Of a stretch of DNA of 64,000 bases, positions 37,600 to 50,500 are shown in pieces; the first letter of the stretch is position 1, and each line of letters begins with the position of its first letter. The stretch comes from Raillietiella orientalis. Its lineage: Eukaryota. The translations under genes were made by a program, and so were the position numbers. The stretch is from the NCBI GenBank assembly GCA_036172245.1, contig JAYWIR010000038.1, forward strand, positions 1,116,001 through 1,180,000, read 5' to 3'. The notes beneath the pieces are model-generated. The model ran no database searches. It was not told where the DNA came from and saw only the letters and a program-made list of their open reading frames with translations.

Positions 37600-39200
37600 G
37601 AACTTCAGAGTCTTGGAATGAACACTGGAATCTTCAGGAGTCTACTTCTATAGGAGACGGGTGGGGGGGATGGAACAAAGCCGAGAACATGAGACTTTGA
37701 CTGGATAGCCTGTCGAGGCATCCTGTGGATGCAAAAAATCGAAAGAATCATCTGGTGGCAAAAGATCACTCTAGAGTAACACCCTCTGAGATGGAGATCA
37801 CTGTCGATGTTCCCATGGACAGTGGTGGGATTGATCCAAGTCGGAAGATCCACGCACTGTGGATATCATATCTTTTGGCTCGAGGTATCAAACTTCTTGC
37901 TCCTGAGGGGCGGATGACTTCCTACGAAGGACAGTACTTCCCTGAGTGCACCCGAGATCGGTGGTGAGCACATCGACCTTTGGTGATGGTTGGGAAAACA
38001 CATTGTTTAAGCTCCTGCACGCGCCTTCAATTCGGCCTAAAGAGGTGTAGAGATGTTCCTGAAGATCACGCGCTTGCTCTGCGGAGTCATAAGAGAAGGT
38101 AGGGATATATGCATGTCTTGTGCAATCGAAACTGGAGAGTGGTCCCAGAATCGTGTTTGTCGTGAGAGAAGACAGAGATGTTCGAAGTAGAGAAGCAGAG
38201 TGTCCTAAACTGTTCCCCATCGCTAGAATTTGCTCCTTCAACACAAAGAAACCTGTCGTACTCAGGCAAGAGATCAGTCGAGATGTGGGCACACCGGTGG
38301 CGCGGTGCGAATAGCAACCAAGCTCCCCTGTTTCTCATTCTTGGTGAAATTCCTGGTCGCAACAGGACAAGATGCTATGTGGGTCAGGTACCGAGTCTGG
38401 ACAAGCTGCAGTCTCGGAAAGCAGGTGAGGCCACGACTAGCACAAGCGTTCTCATTATCTGAGGTAAAATGAGCAGATCAGTGACTAGAGCGATGGGCAG
38501 TGGTTACCGCGCCAAAGCCACAGGCACAAGTGCCATTGAGGGTGCTCGGATGTGTCGAAACACCCTGCAGTCGCGGTCGAGGCGTGCTAGGAAAGGATTA
38601 GAGCTCACATCACAAGTGTTTTCGGGATAAGGAATGAATCGAGGGGTAGCTGTGTGTCGCTGTCAACGGATAACTTCCACAGAGCAGGTAAGGGAGCATC
38701 CATTTCTGAAGAGCCAGGACAGATGAGGTCGCACTCAAGGACCTCGTATGTCCATCATCCTTAGCTTCCAGATGGCTGATCCTATTAGAACACAGAGACG
38801 ATCCTAGAATTCCCTACTCCGGCTGCTCAGCACAGGCTTTAGGAGCAATGGCTTTAAGGATTCCATACATTCCTTTAATTAACAGTTCACTTTGTATCTC
38901 GCCTCAGAAGGCTTCGGATGGAAGCGTGCCTAGTGAGGTCAATTTTCTGCGCTCACACGAGTCAGACGGAAGCTGGCCGTGATAAGTCTCGAAGACTGCA
39001 TGGCAAAAGTTGAGATGTAACAGTCGGACTTTGCAGGTCTCAGCAGTCGACGGGCCAGGTGTGTCCTGCTTCAGCTGATCTTCACCTTGCAGCTTATCAG
39101 TATCACTTCAACCTCTGTGGTGACATTGATGTTGACGAAGATTGCTCCAAGTTCTCAAAGAAGCACATTTTCGTAGATGGTAATGGATCATTTGGGAATC
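37600..39200 (-). mobile_element. Decayed LINE (end of EN, linker, start of RT)
   Basis: QKIDL ~38945 (~SRID), AIWKL ~38770 (~WKLN), SAEQARDL...IEGACRSL...PSPKVDVLT (~EIxxAxxxL..KSPGxDGLT), VLGFVP ~37680. Confidence 0.55.
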
Positions 39201-41399
39201 CTCCCACACTCCCGGAAATTTAAACGAATATATAAATGCGCTTATGAAACGAGTGCGAACGAAACCAGAAAGCACGTGAAGATTTTTTTTTTTTCTTTGA
39301 AGGATTTTGCTCCTTTGGGTTCGGTACGGCAGCTTTCCGGGCAAATGCCCCGTTTCTCCGTACTGCGGAGCCCCCAGAATTCAGAATTCCAGGGATCAGT
39401 GCTGGCTGTTGCCCGGGTCTTTCCAGGGTTCCCTCTGGAGTGCCCGGGTAGCTGCTGAAATGGGAAACAACTGCCAAGACTGAACATGATGGCTCATAGG
39501 CAGACATTCAGAGATGCTTTTTTATTTTAGACCAATTCTACTGCAAATATGCTTTAAAACGAACCTTTAGGAAACTGAAGTGACTTTCCAATGACCAATT
39601 GGTGGTTACTGATCTTTTGCTACCTTGCAAAAAGCTCACATCCTTCTTGCCGATCCTATTATATTCCTTTTTCTATTAGAGTTCTACCAAAAGGGCCTAA
39701 AGCAACGAAGTCCAAATAAGGGAGGCAAATAAGCAGACGTGCAGCGTATTCAAGGCAGTATTCTTCCTAAGTTCTTGTTTATAAAAGTAGAAGATGCATC
39801 AGAAGGTATGCAAAAGTTGCAAAAGCAACTGGCTGGAGTCACACTGTGCACTAGGGGTTTCTGAGGAACGAATGGAAAGAATTTGAAGAACTGAATCAAA
39901 AACGGAACATTCAGTATTTGTTTCAAAATGACTGATAGATGGGTACAGGGAAACAGTTAAATAGTCATAAAGATTAAACAAACAGTTTCTCAAGGCAAAT
40001 TGTGAACTTGACAATTCAGCTAGAGATGTGTATTTATTGTGGAAAATGATTAATCTTCAATAGTGAGTCAAACCATCTTAATCCTATGTACTTAGAAGTC
40101 AGTTAAAGAGTTTGCATGCAATGTTCATTTCTGTATTCTATGCAGAACTATGCTATGCTATTTTACTACATAAGGTTAATTAAATGATAATTGGAACATC
40201 AGATTGAATGTGGTTTTTTTGAATGCTTTCTGATTTTGGTTGTCATTTTTACCTGTTGAATGTTCAGATACCATTTTGGTTAGGGACTTTGTATATGCAC
40301 CAAGTGCAAAGACTGATTTCACACAAAACTGATTTCAATCATAGTCACTGATTATGGTGATTTCAAAATCCATTAACTCTTTGTTGAAACAAAAGAATTG
40401 ATGGAGTCTCAAAAAAAAAAGGAAACAGTCTCTACAGTTCACCTTTCATATACTAAAAAAAGTCCTTTTCTCAAACCTTTGTTTTTACTTAGAAATAAAA
40501 TATCCCTTAGGATAGCTATCAGTTTTTGCTAATAGTTTACAGTTTTGAGCATCCGCATCCTTTCACATTCATTTTGCAAGTCACTTGACCAGTGTAGGCT
40601 GGAATAGCATCATAGAGCAGATTTCTGAACCAGTTTAAAATCAATTCATGCACCTGTTTAAATACCGTTCATGCAGTCAGGAATTGCACTAATCAGATCT
40701 AAAAAGCCTTTAATCAACTTATACAGGTTTGCTCCATTTTTACTGATTGACTCCTAGCATTATCAATAAAAGAATCAAATCAGATGCATATCCAATATAA
40801 GTTGAAGATTTGAAATAATACATTTGCAAGAATGAAGAATAAGAATAAGAGTCATTGTAATTTTACTTGGTTTGTATGAAACAAAATTGAAAACTCAAAA
40901 TACAGCAAAGCTAAATCTCATGCCAATGCAGGAGGATATTTGAATTATGAGTCTGGACACGAAATATTGCAGTTTGATTAAGTGGCTGAATGAAATGTCA
41001 TTGCTTTGAGAATGTTCTGTAATTAATGGTTCTCAAGTGTGGTGAATAATTTCACCCTTAATTGTTATGTGCTGTGTAGTCCATTTTTTGAAGGTAAGCC
41101 GAAGAAAAGCAAGGATACACTATATATTAATATTATGGGGATCTTCTCCTTGAATTGTTGAAAGATTTCCGATTCCAATGCCTTCAGCAAGCTTGCAACT
41201 ATGACATGGAACTCTACAGAAATAGCAGTGCTTTTAGCATCACAATGAAATATGCATATCCATAACAAATGTGGTATCATTGCTGGGCCACAATGATTCG
41301 AAATGACACTACACCCATTTGAATTTGCTTTTCTTTCCACTTTCCACAGTTTCAGGTTTAACATTTATGTATGAACTGAGTGAGTGCAACAGCTCTCAT

Positions 41400-44300
41400 T
41401 ACCTATGGCTGATTTTGACAGAAGACTGGTTGATGAATTTTGTTTTCTGAGTAAGATTTTTCTCCTTGAGCAAACGATTCATGTTATGTCAAGTGAAAAC
41501 TAGTCTAGGAAGGGTGCATCAATCGGAGATCTCCAGCAAATAACTACAGTTTCATCTTTAGCAAATTTCTTGATGAGGAAGCATTATGTTGTTGTGTGCT
41601 GGTATCAGACGTATGACAGCTTCATCAGAATATTTGTATTTTTTGTTATTTAAGAAATACATCCTCTGTATGGAATACATAATGTATGCACCCTCTATAT
41701 GTGAGTAGTTGATTGGTGAGGTAAGGTGCACAACTGAGCAGATGAATGATGCAACCTGGTTGTGAAAACGTGCCGGACCGATGGCCTCAAAACAGAAATG
41801 AAATTGTGCATCGAACAGCCGTGACAACAAGGCATATCCGGAACATGCGTCCTTCCGATACGAAGTAATTATTATAGATGTACAATAACCACTGGAATAA
41901 GTTGTTGCAGAATAAGCGACGGTTCTACCATCGAATTTCGTGGGCGTGCAAAGGCCACCGCCAGTTTGTAGAAAAGGAGGAGGAGCAGGTCATGATGCTC
42001 GCCCTGCACACCAGGTGCATTAGATGGATTCTTCCTAACAGCGTTAGTGGATGCAAAACGGAAGACGGGGATCGAAACGAAACTGACGATGTGTTCTTGC
42101 TGCCTGGGGGAGTTCTTGGCTGCAAGCGATCGCGTTTGCTCCTGCTGTTTACGTACGAAAGTCGTACTTGCCGACCCACCTGCACGTAATCATAGACCGA
42201 CAGATGCTTCCCGTGACCCGAGGTGAACAGTCTTGAACCATAGTGGGAACAATCCCAACACAAGCATCATCGGGTCACGAAGTTTTCCGTTTTTGCCTGC
42301 ACGACGATTAAACCGAAGAGATCCCAGGTTGTAACCGTGGTGTGCATTCCTCTATCTGTGGTCCACGCTGTTTCACACGTCCCAAGAGCGATTTCTTTTC
42401 CAAGGAGACACTCGATCCTGGAATCCGAATGTCCCCATTGAAAAGAAAGCAGTTTATTTTGGACATCTGTCAAGTTTATAAATTAATTATAGAAGTTAAC
42501 CCTTTGTTTTGGAAAACTTCGAAGGGAACATCAAATGCTTCACGCCTGAGCAGTGACGTTGGGTTACCCAGCCCCACGCTGAAGCTACCCACTGGCAGCA
42601 GACCGAAATATCTACAAGATATTTTACTTGGCAAGAGAACTTGATAATCAGTCTACCAAATACAGGTTTCCATCTTTGATTGGCAGTAAAGTATGTGTCG
42701 AAACCTTGGCTACCTTTAGAGCAGCTCTTTCCGCTTCTCGCGGAGTGATAATTGATAATTCTTTCAGGATCTGATGCACGGAGTGCTCTTCCTTTTGTTT
42801 CTAGTTTTAATGGATGAAATGCATTTCGGGGATTGTTCCCTATGATAGTTTTTTCTATGCAGAATGCTGGAAAAGCGCTTAAGGGCATCAGTAAAACAAG
42901 GGAAAAATGATGATGATAAAATTGAACAAATATGGTGAATTAAGAAACGGTTCTAAAAATCATTGTCATCATGATGTGGCATCTCAAACACTTCTGCTGA
43001 CACAGTGTAATCATAAAGGAACGACAGCTTCGAATGAGAGAACGTCAAAGTGCCTTAATCCATTCACGTTGTCCGCGTGATGAGGTATAAAGTCATTAAG
43101 TAGAGAAGAAACGCTCGAAACCCAAAACAAATCGGTCTCGAATGTAGTCGTAAATCCGCTAACCACGCTTTCAGGAAAAGCCAAGTTGCTTATTGAGGTG
43201 GGTAGGACTTCTGCCACGAACTCACCTTGTGCATCAGTGACAGTCTTAAGAGCCGTGGGTCTCGTTTGCATGCCTTGTGATTCCGATTTCTTGAGGAAAG
43301 GCGGCCGGAAATTTGACCGATTCGTTGTGTTTGATACAATGCAACCACTGCCGTTTTGGGAAGCGAAATGATGGGCTGAGTTGGTGGTATCAAAGAGTCT
43401 GGCATGTTGCAATTTTTGATGACGCAATGTTCCAACCGGCAACTACGGTAACACAGCGTCGGAGGACGGCACTCTCATGATGTCTTGGCGGAACGATTAC
43501 ATAAAGTGAGTCATCAATTTCGAGATTGGCTAGAAACTCTCTGCACCATGGGGTACCGCAAGTTTCTATTCTCTTAAATGACTACGACTGCTCCTTCTAG
43601 CGTGGACTCATCCGTGGATGCCAAGTCCCAAGAAGCATTGGCTGAATTTTCCTCGTCAGTATAAGTGGAATCGCGTAGGAAAAAAAATTGTATTCTCAAG
43701 GGGGCAAAGGAAAACTTTTTATCCGTCATGTCCTCTCAGAAAGAAAGCAAAAGATTCTTCCCTCCCCTTCTTTCTTCTTCTTCTTCCGTGGATTGAGATA
43801 TCAACCAAAAAAAATACCACGTGGGTAGTTTCCAGAACGATCGATAGATAAAAGAAACAAAAGCCAGGTTCGCAATGTGCTTCCAAGAAGCACGTAGATT
43901 CCAAAAAAGATTCCAGATTGAAATGGCTCAAGTCTAGTCAGCACGTGCTATACAGCACATCTCGTGTTCAAACTGCAGCTGTGTTCCTCGTTTGGCTCTC
44001 AGGGGCCGAAAGGTGTTCCCTGTTGTGCTGGTTTCATACCTTAGAAGAAATCAACCTAGCAAAGAAGCACTTCTTCCACTTGGAAAAGCATGTAGGAGGA
44101 AGGCGACATTCATGCAGGCGAGTGTTTGTGTAGGATCGCACCAAAAATCTGGGCTTTTGCTCCGGACTTGAGGAAATGAAAGGTACTAGTGGAAACAACC
44201 ACTATGTGCGGCTACCTTAGAAACGGTAAGAAAAGTCCCTCCACGAACTTCTGAAGGTGCTTCTCTCGATACTTTTACTTGAGTCTCGGGCAAGGAATGG

Positions 44301-44950
44301 AGATTTGTTGGTTCTATTCCACTTTCCGGAATAGAATCCGCGAATGTATGGAAACTGTCCCTGGAAATAAAGCAGGAGAGGGAGGAGAAAGGTGCGTCGG
44401 CAGCAACATGAGCGAGGGAAAGAACACGCAGAATTTTCCAAGAGGATCGCTCCTGAAGATCTCGCCTTTTCAATCCACGAGCACGGGGCCATCAACAGAC
44501 ACTAGGATAAAGCATCTTTAAAAACCAAGACAGCGGGAGGTATTTCTGGAGGAACACCACAGTCTTGTTGCAGATTAGTGACCGACGTGAGAGAGAGGGA
44601 ACTGACCCTCATCAAAATGAGCACCGCCACCTTCCCCCGTTGCAAGGTGTGTAAAGGAGGTTTGGAGAGCGCGGTGCTGCGCCACTCGAGTAGGGGAGGC
44701 ATCCTTAAGGCGCCCAGTCTCTGAGTATCGCCTCCAGGCTTTTCTGTCCATCCTGGCACGAATCTTTCATCCACGATAGCGAGTGGTTGAGGAAAGGGTT
44801 GCTGCTCGGGTAACCGAAGTTCGACCAGTCTCCTCTTGGTGGAGGGATGGGCGTCTCGGAAGGAGCCCAAGTGCGAGCGCCCGCTCTCCCCCTGCTTTTC
44901 ACCCTCCCCCTATGCCTTGATTTCCCTGTCCCGGGTGTTCTGAAAGACAT
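41400..44950 (-). mobile_element. Decayed near-full-length LINE ORF2 immediately downstream of the SHANK stop
   Basis: SSWKILRVL ~44440 (~WKLNxSLL), IISLPK + SNFRPPFL + LKTVTDAQGEFV at 43200-43375 (early RT motifs), NDFIPHHADNV ~43090, LLGKEI and FVTR*CLC...YG (post-RT motifs). Confidence 0.55.
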
Positions 44951-45182
44951 CTAGTGAAAATGCCACTGAGAGAAGGACTGGAGACGAGGCGGGAGGAAGG
45001 GGGGAGTTTCCCGCAGTCTCTACATCCGGTGGTACCTGCGGGGCAAGGCGCCCCGCTCCCGGGAGGGCAGTCTCGCGGCCACCTCAAGCGGCGAAAGGAG
45101 GGAAGCTGCGCCACCTATGAAAAACACCATTTTTTTTTTTTTAATGCCGTCGTGATGAGTCTGGGGGTAAAGGGAGGGAGTC

Positions 45183-47585
45183 TCAGACCCCCTTGTGGAG
45201 GGGGTAGTGGCGGTATGACGCCATCACTTCGGGAACCGTCCGCCGGACGAACCTGCGAGGGCTGCAGCTCATGACGGGGACCTGGGTAGTGCTCCCCATG
45301 TACTGGTGAGCTCTGCAGTACTGCTGCTGCTGCACCTGCGGCGGCAGACTACCGTGGTCGGCAAAGAACCTGTCCTCGTAGGGAGGCTGCATGAGGAGGT
45401 CATGGAAGGCGCCGCGGTGGAGGGGCGGGTGCTTGGGGTGCGCCGCTTCCCTGCCCGTGGGGAGCACCTTACAGTACATGTGAGGAGTCGCGTCGCGGTG
45501 ACCACGTGACGTCAACGAAGAGGAGGGGACCCCGCTCGCGTACGCAGGGGTCGTAGGGATGCGGAGGACCTCCTCAGGGGGGAGCCGGCGGGACACAGGA
45601 GGTGGGCCCGAGGGCTGCTGCTGCTGCGGGTGGTGGTTGTGGTGGTGAGCGCGCCGGCAGTTTCTGCTATGACTCGCCCCCGGGAGGAGCGGGCCGGCAG
45701 AGGAGGAGGCGGCGGGAGGGGGGAGGAGCTGCCTGCTGCTGCCGCTGCCCAGAGAGGGAGAGACCACCGCCTTGGGCAGGCCCTGCTGGACCACCCTGGT
45801 ACGACCGCTGCCGGACAAGCGGATGGTCGTCTTGTAGCGAGGCTGACCCAGGTCGGCGATGGCGCCTCCTCCTGTCCGGGAGCTCTCGAGGTCCTCGCGA
45901 TCACAGAATTCCGGAGGGGGAGCGATGGCTGGGAGGTCGCCCACGGGAGGACCCACGAACGCCGGGGGAGGAGGGACCACCTTGGGGACGGGGAACGTCT
46001 CCGTAGCGTGGTCGGCGTGGCGGCGGATCATCTCCAGGCTCTTCTCTATGCTCAGATTGAGATCGTGGGAGGGGTCGCGCCTGCGCCAGGGCGCCACTCC
46101 TGAGGGGCTCTCCGGCTTGGGAGCGGCGGATCCTTGCCGAACGGAGGCGGCAGCGGCCGAGGAGGGGGCAAACCTGCCCGGGTCCTGCTTCTGCGGAGGA
46201 CGCGCCACCTCGCGGACGGTGTCCGAGCTGCTGGAGAGGGTGCTCACCGTGCTCACGGTGTCCTGGTCGCGCCCTTCCTCCGGATCCGTCTCGCAAAGGG
46301 CCGACCCGGAAGAGGGAGGGGGGGGAGAGAGGGGCGGCCGGGAGCCAGCGCGTCGGAGGGCTTCCTCTGGCGGGATCCCTTCCTCCTCGGCCTCCTCCTC
46401 CTCCCCCTGGGTCCTCCTTCCCGCCCCCCTCCTCCTCCTCCTGCGCCAGGCGTCGATCCAGAAGGCGTCCCCGGAGCTGTCGGACCCACCGGGGCTGGGG
46501 AGTCGGGGGACCCTCTTCTCTCCTTTGCCCTCGTGGTGCTGGTGGTTGTCGTGGTCGGAGCTGACACCACTCGAAGAGTTCTCGCAGTCCTCCAGTAGCC
46601 CCAGGTCCTGGGGACAGGACTGGGAGTTCCGGAGGAAGGAGGAGACTTTGGTCGCCGCCGCCGTCCTGATGGTGGCGGCGGCGGCAGCGGTGTGGTCCTC
46701 CGTAACCTCCACGCCGCCTCCTCTCTGGGGTGAACCCTCCGCCGCCACTGCCTCCCCGAACTTGGTGACTTCGTCGTGCTCCCCGGCGCAAGGGGGCGGC
46801 GGTCTCCGGCCCTGCTGGTGCTGCTGCTGCTGACGCGGAGAAGGGGGCTCTCCGCGCGGGGAAGTCGAGCAAAGCTGGTCCAGGGGGCGGAAACTGGACA
46901 GAGTCCTCTCGGAGAAGGACGGGGAGGGAGAAGGCTCCCTGGCGGAGCCGCTGGCGAGGTGCTGCTGGGACGCCGAGTGGGCGCGCCGCAGGAGGAGCAA
47001 ACGGTCGGATTCCTCCCCCTTCGCGGCAGCACGGACGCCCGAGGGGGCCCGCTGGAGGTCCTCGTGGCTGTGGGCGCGGAAGCGCCGGGCCACTACCTCC
47101 CGCTGCTCGCTCGTCAGCTCGGGGACGCTGCGCGAGGAGTGTGCGTCCCGGAGGGGGCCAGGGAAGGGCAGGTTCCTCTGGGTCGCCTTCCAGCGCTTCA
47201 TCTCAGCCACGCTCGCGTACACACGCGGGCACGGCAAGAGATTGGGTCGGGGCCGGATGGTGGCCGTGCGGTCCGAGACGGGTGCGGCGGCCGCCATTCC
47301 TCCCTCTGGGCCGACGGCGGCGTCGCTCGGGACGACGAGGGACTTGGCCCTCGCCTTTCCCAGACTAAGCGTGGTCCTGGGATCCCTCTTGGGTGGCAGA
47401 GGCGCCGGAGAGCGCCCCGTCAGCTTCCGGGGGAGCGTGGAGCACTGGCGGGCCAGGCGCACCACGGGAGGAGTGCAGCCTTCCCCAGGTGCCCTGGCCA
47501 CCGTGAGGGACAAAAGCTCTCCGGAGCAGCGGATCAGCTGGACCACGTACTCGTGGGACGCCCTGCTGACGTCCTCGTCATTGAC
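45183..47585 (-). CDS. SHANK: SHANK large exon (end of PDZ, proline-rich tail, stop)
   Basis: cccgcag acceptor; VNDEDVSRASHEYVVQLIR completes the PDZ; open to TGA at 45183-45185. The true 3' end is uncertain. Confidence 0.82.
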   Translation of the reverse strand, partial: VNDEDVSRASHEYVVQLIRCSGELLSLTVARAPGEGCTPPVVRLARQCSTLPRKLTGRSPAPLPPKRDPRTTLSLGKARAKSLVVPSDAAVGPEGGMAAAAPVSDRTATIRPRPNLLPCPRVYASVAEMKRWKATQRNLPFPGPLRDAHSSRSVPELTSEQREVVARRFRAHSHEDLQRAPSGVRAAAKGEESDRLLLLRRAHSASQQHLASGSAREPSPSPSFSERTLSSFRPLDQLCSTSPRGEPPSPRQQQQHQQGRRPPPPCAGEHDEVTKFGEAVAAEGSPQRGGGVEVTEDHTAAAAATIRTAAATKVSSFLRNSQSCPQDLGLLEDCENSSSGVSSDHDNHQHHEGKGEKRVPRLPSPGGSDSSGDAFWIDAWRRRRRRGAGRRTQGEEEEAEEEGIPPEEALRRAGSRPPLSPPPPSSGSALCETDPEEGRDQDTVSTVSTLSSSSDTVREVARPPQKQDPGRFAPSSAAAASVRQGSAAPKPESPSGVAPWRRRDPSHDLNLSIEKSLEMIRRHADHATETFPVPKVVPPPPAFVGPPVGDLPAIAPPPEFCDREDLESSRTGGGAIADLGQPRYKTTIRLSGSGRTRVVQQGLPKAVVSPSLGSGSSRQLLPPPAASSSAGPLLPGASHSRNCRRAHHHNHHPQQQQPSGPPPVSRRLPPEEVLRIPTTPAYASGVPSSSLTSRGHRDATPHMYCKVLPTGREAAHPKHPPLHRGAFHDLLMQPPYEDRFFADHGSLPPQVQQQQYCRAHQYMGSTTQVPVMSCSPRRFVRRTVPEVMASYRHYPLHKGV

Positions 47586-50500
47586 CTGCGGGAGAGGAGG
47601 AGCTGCCAGACTGCTCCGAGAAGGGGGAGGAGAGGAAAGGCGGAAGGTAGCTCACCGCCAGCAGAAAGTCTCCCTTGCGCAGACCCGCCATCTCGGCCAC
47701 GCCCCCGGGATCCACGTCCTCCAGGTACTGGAAGGCAGGCGACTGGACAGTGGGCTGCAGGGCCATGAGGGGGCTCTCTTCCTTAGCCCCCCGGAGAACG
47801 AAGCCGAAGCCCTTGCGGCCTCGGTGGAGCAGCACCTTCCTCAACCCCTCCGCCGTCGCGTACACGCCGGTCCCACTTTTCTTGGGAGGTCTGGGCTGCG
47901 TCCGGAACTGCTGGCTCTCTGAGAAGCGCGCAGCGGCGCCGCCCTCTTCCCGCTCCTCTTCATGCCTGCCCCCGGCATGGAGGCCATCCTCTCCTCCTGC
48001 TTTCGGGGGCAGCCGGGCGCTGCGCAGCTTCACTTCCCGGACGCACCTCTCCGGGAAGAGTCCGGTGCGCCCGCGCAGGCGCCCTTCCAGCAGGTGCCCT
48101 GCGGCAGCGATGACGCCCGTGGTCTCTATGAGGTCTCCCGGGACGATGGAGAGGTGTGCCTCGGAGCTGGAGCTGTGCGCCTCCACACAGACGACGACGG
48201 CGGGCACGGCCGCCGCTGCCGGGACGCTGGTGCCCGTGTGTTCGGTGGCACCCAGCTCTGACGGCTCGGCGCTGCCGTTGTTTGACACGGATCCCACTCC
48301 GGAGCTCTCGCTCACGTCGTCGCAGTGGGCGTCTACGCCGTTGGTTCCTGTGGGAACGGACGGGACGATTCTCCCTCTCACTTCCTCTCCTCCTTCCCGC
48401 TGCTCACCCGCTCCGCACGAGGGGCGGTCGGAGGTCGCTGACAGGACGCTGCAGCCGTCCGCGCTGCCTTCGCTGGCGGTGGAAGCGGAGCCGAAGGGCG
48501 GCAGGGAGCGGTTGGACGGGGATGGGGACGACGTCCTCAGGCCCTGCTCCAGGCGAGGGTCCGAGTTGGTCCTCTGCAGCGCCAGCTGCGACATGCGGCG
48601 GCGGGGATTGTACTTGGGCGGGCTTCGGAAGGGCACTGGCGCAGGGGAAGAGAGAGCGATGAGTGGGCATGCACAGGAGATGAGAGGGAGGGAAAGAGAG
48701 ACTTTTCTCCTTCTTCTCCTCCTTTCCTCCCCTCCCTCACCCCTTCGTTTCCCCCTGATTATCTGGCACTTTCCCTTTTCCCACACTCACCGACGTTCTC
48801 CTTCCGGTGGGCCTTGATGCTCTCGGCTAGGTCAAAGTTCTGTGCGATGAGCGCCACCTGGTAGGCCGTCTGGTTGGCGTAGTTGAGGGCCTCTTTGTCG
48901 GCTCCCCGAAACAGCAGGACCCGGGCGCACGAGTCCTGGTTGTTGACCGCGCACACGTGCAGAGGAGTGTTCCCGGACGCGTTCCTAGCGTTCATGTCGG
49001 CCCCGTAGTATAGGAGGTGTTCCAAGTGATGCACCAGGGCGTTCCGGCATGCCTGGGCACAGCAAGAGATGGCATAGAGAGGAGGATGGGCGGTTCCCCG
49101 AAGCCTTTTCCCGAACCCCCCGGACCGGGGGAGGTCTTTCCGGGTGCAGCGGCGGAGGATGGAAGGAAGGAGCGTCGCGCGGAGGCGCCCCCGCTACCGC
49201 TGCAGGCGCGGACCCGACTTCAGCCGGAGATGGTCACTCCCGCCCCACCTCCGGCTGAAGTCGGGCTGTGCTCAGAGTTGCGACCAGTCAGCGACAGTCG
49301 TGACCAGTCAGTCCGCGGCGACGCCGAGAAGCCGAACCCTGCGGCATGGGGACGAAGGGGACGGGGTCGTCTCCCTACCCTTCCCCTCCTTGCAGCGGGC
49401 AGCCGCATACTGAGGGAGGGGAACCCATGTGGTGCCTACGCGGATCCCTTCTTTCCCCCGTATTCCTTGCCCCACCCTTTTTCTTTGTTCCCGCTCTCTC
49501 CTCCTTCTCTCGCGGAAAGGAGCGTACCAGGGGGTCTAGCGAGCTTGGTACGGCGACTCTGGGTGCAGTGCAAGGGGATGTGCGGGCCATTCGAATGCAG
49601 AATGCAGAATCAAGGCGGTTCAGAGACGAGGATGCGGAGCGCAAGGGACGGAGCGAGTGCCCCCCACGAGGGTCTTCCATTATTCCCGAGCGAGAGAGAA
49701 GGGGGAGGGGGTGGCAGAACCAAGGGTGCACCGCGAGCCGAGTCGGACCGGAAGACGATGCCGATCCAGGAAAAGCGCTCCCTGCCGCGGACGCAGACAA
49801 GTTCTCTCCGCTTCACCGCGTGGGGTCTAAACGTCCGGGAACCGGAGGGAAAGGATCCCTCCCCCCTCCAGAAGCTGCGCTGCTGGTCCCCCTGGGCAGC
49901 CGGGGCAGAGGCTCGCATAACGTCGAGTACTGCTGCGAGAGGAGAAGGAGCTGCCCTCCTGGCTCCGGACCGGAATAGGGAGCGCCGGCAGTGCCAGTGG
50001 GACCTGCGACTGCGGCGCCGCCGCCCCCGACGAGCAGACAGACAATCGAAGGGCTCTCCCGTTGCCGGGATGAAGAAGTGGAGGACGTGCTTGCGGGGAA
50101 GGGCATGGAGCCGAACGGCTCGCCGCGGGAGACGAGGAAGGGGGCATGCAAGACGAATGGCAGCCCGACGTGGGAGGTGGCAAATGCTCCCTCCAGGCCG
50201 GTCCGCCGGCTGCCAGCAACGCTTCCTCTTACGCCACGTGCGCCGCGGGGTCGCTCCGCGTCCGAGAGAAGTGAAGGTGCCCTCCCTTCGATCCGAGGGG
50301 GATGCTGGGGGAAGGATCCATGGGACCGAGGGAAGGAGAGGCTGTTGAGTTCTTCTGCATGCTGAGACTTGCACGGCCCAACTCACGGCGGTGGCTGAAC
50401 TCAGGGGAGCACCGCTGCCGTCGTAGTCCCCCACGCCCCAAGAGGGAAAGAAGGGGGGAAGGGCGGGAGGAGAGCTCCCTGTTGCGGCCCTGCCAGACGG

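Noticed and set aside
41925..42473. WD40-like string CLCWDCSHYGSRLFTSGHGKHLSVYD (and TASEDGTLMMSW on the + strand at ~43453)
   Set aside because: It is preceded by an in-frame stop and no coherent exon chain can be built. It sits at the expected post-RT position of a collinear LINE relic, so it is better explained as TE decay or chance.
48020..48200. SHANK SH3 lacking the canonical ALYDY and Trp residues as a novelty
   Set aside because: SHANK SH3 domains are atypical, and as I recall arthropod orthologs show similar LLEG..GLFP sequences; novelty cannot be claimed without an alignment
45859..48817. Long plus-strand ORFs (324, 330, 226 and 380 aa) and alternative-frame ORFs overlapping SHANK
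   Set aside because: Antisense and frame shadows of a very GC-rich CDS with few stop codons; no recognisable domains
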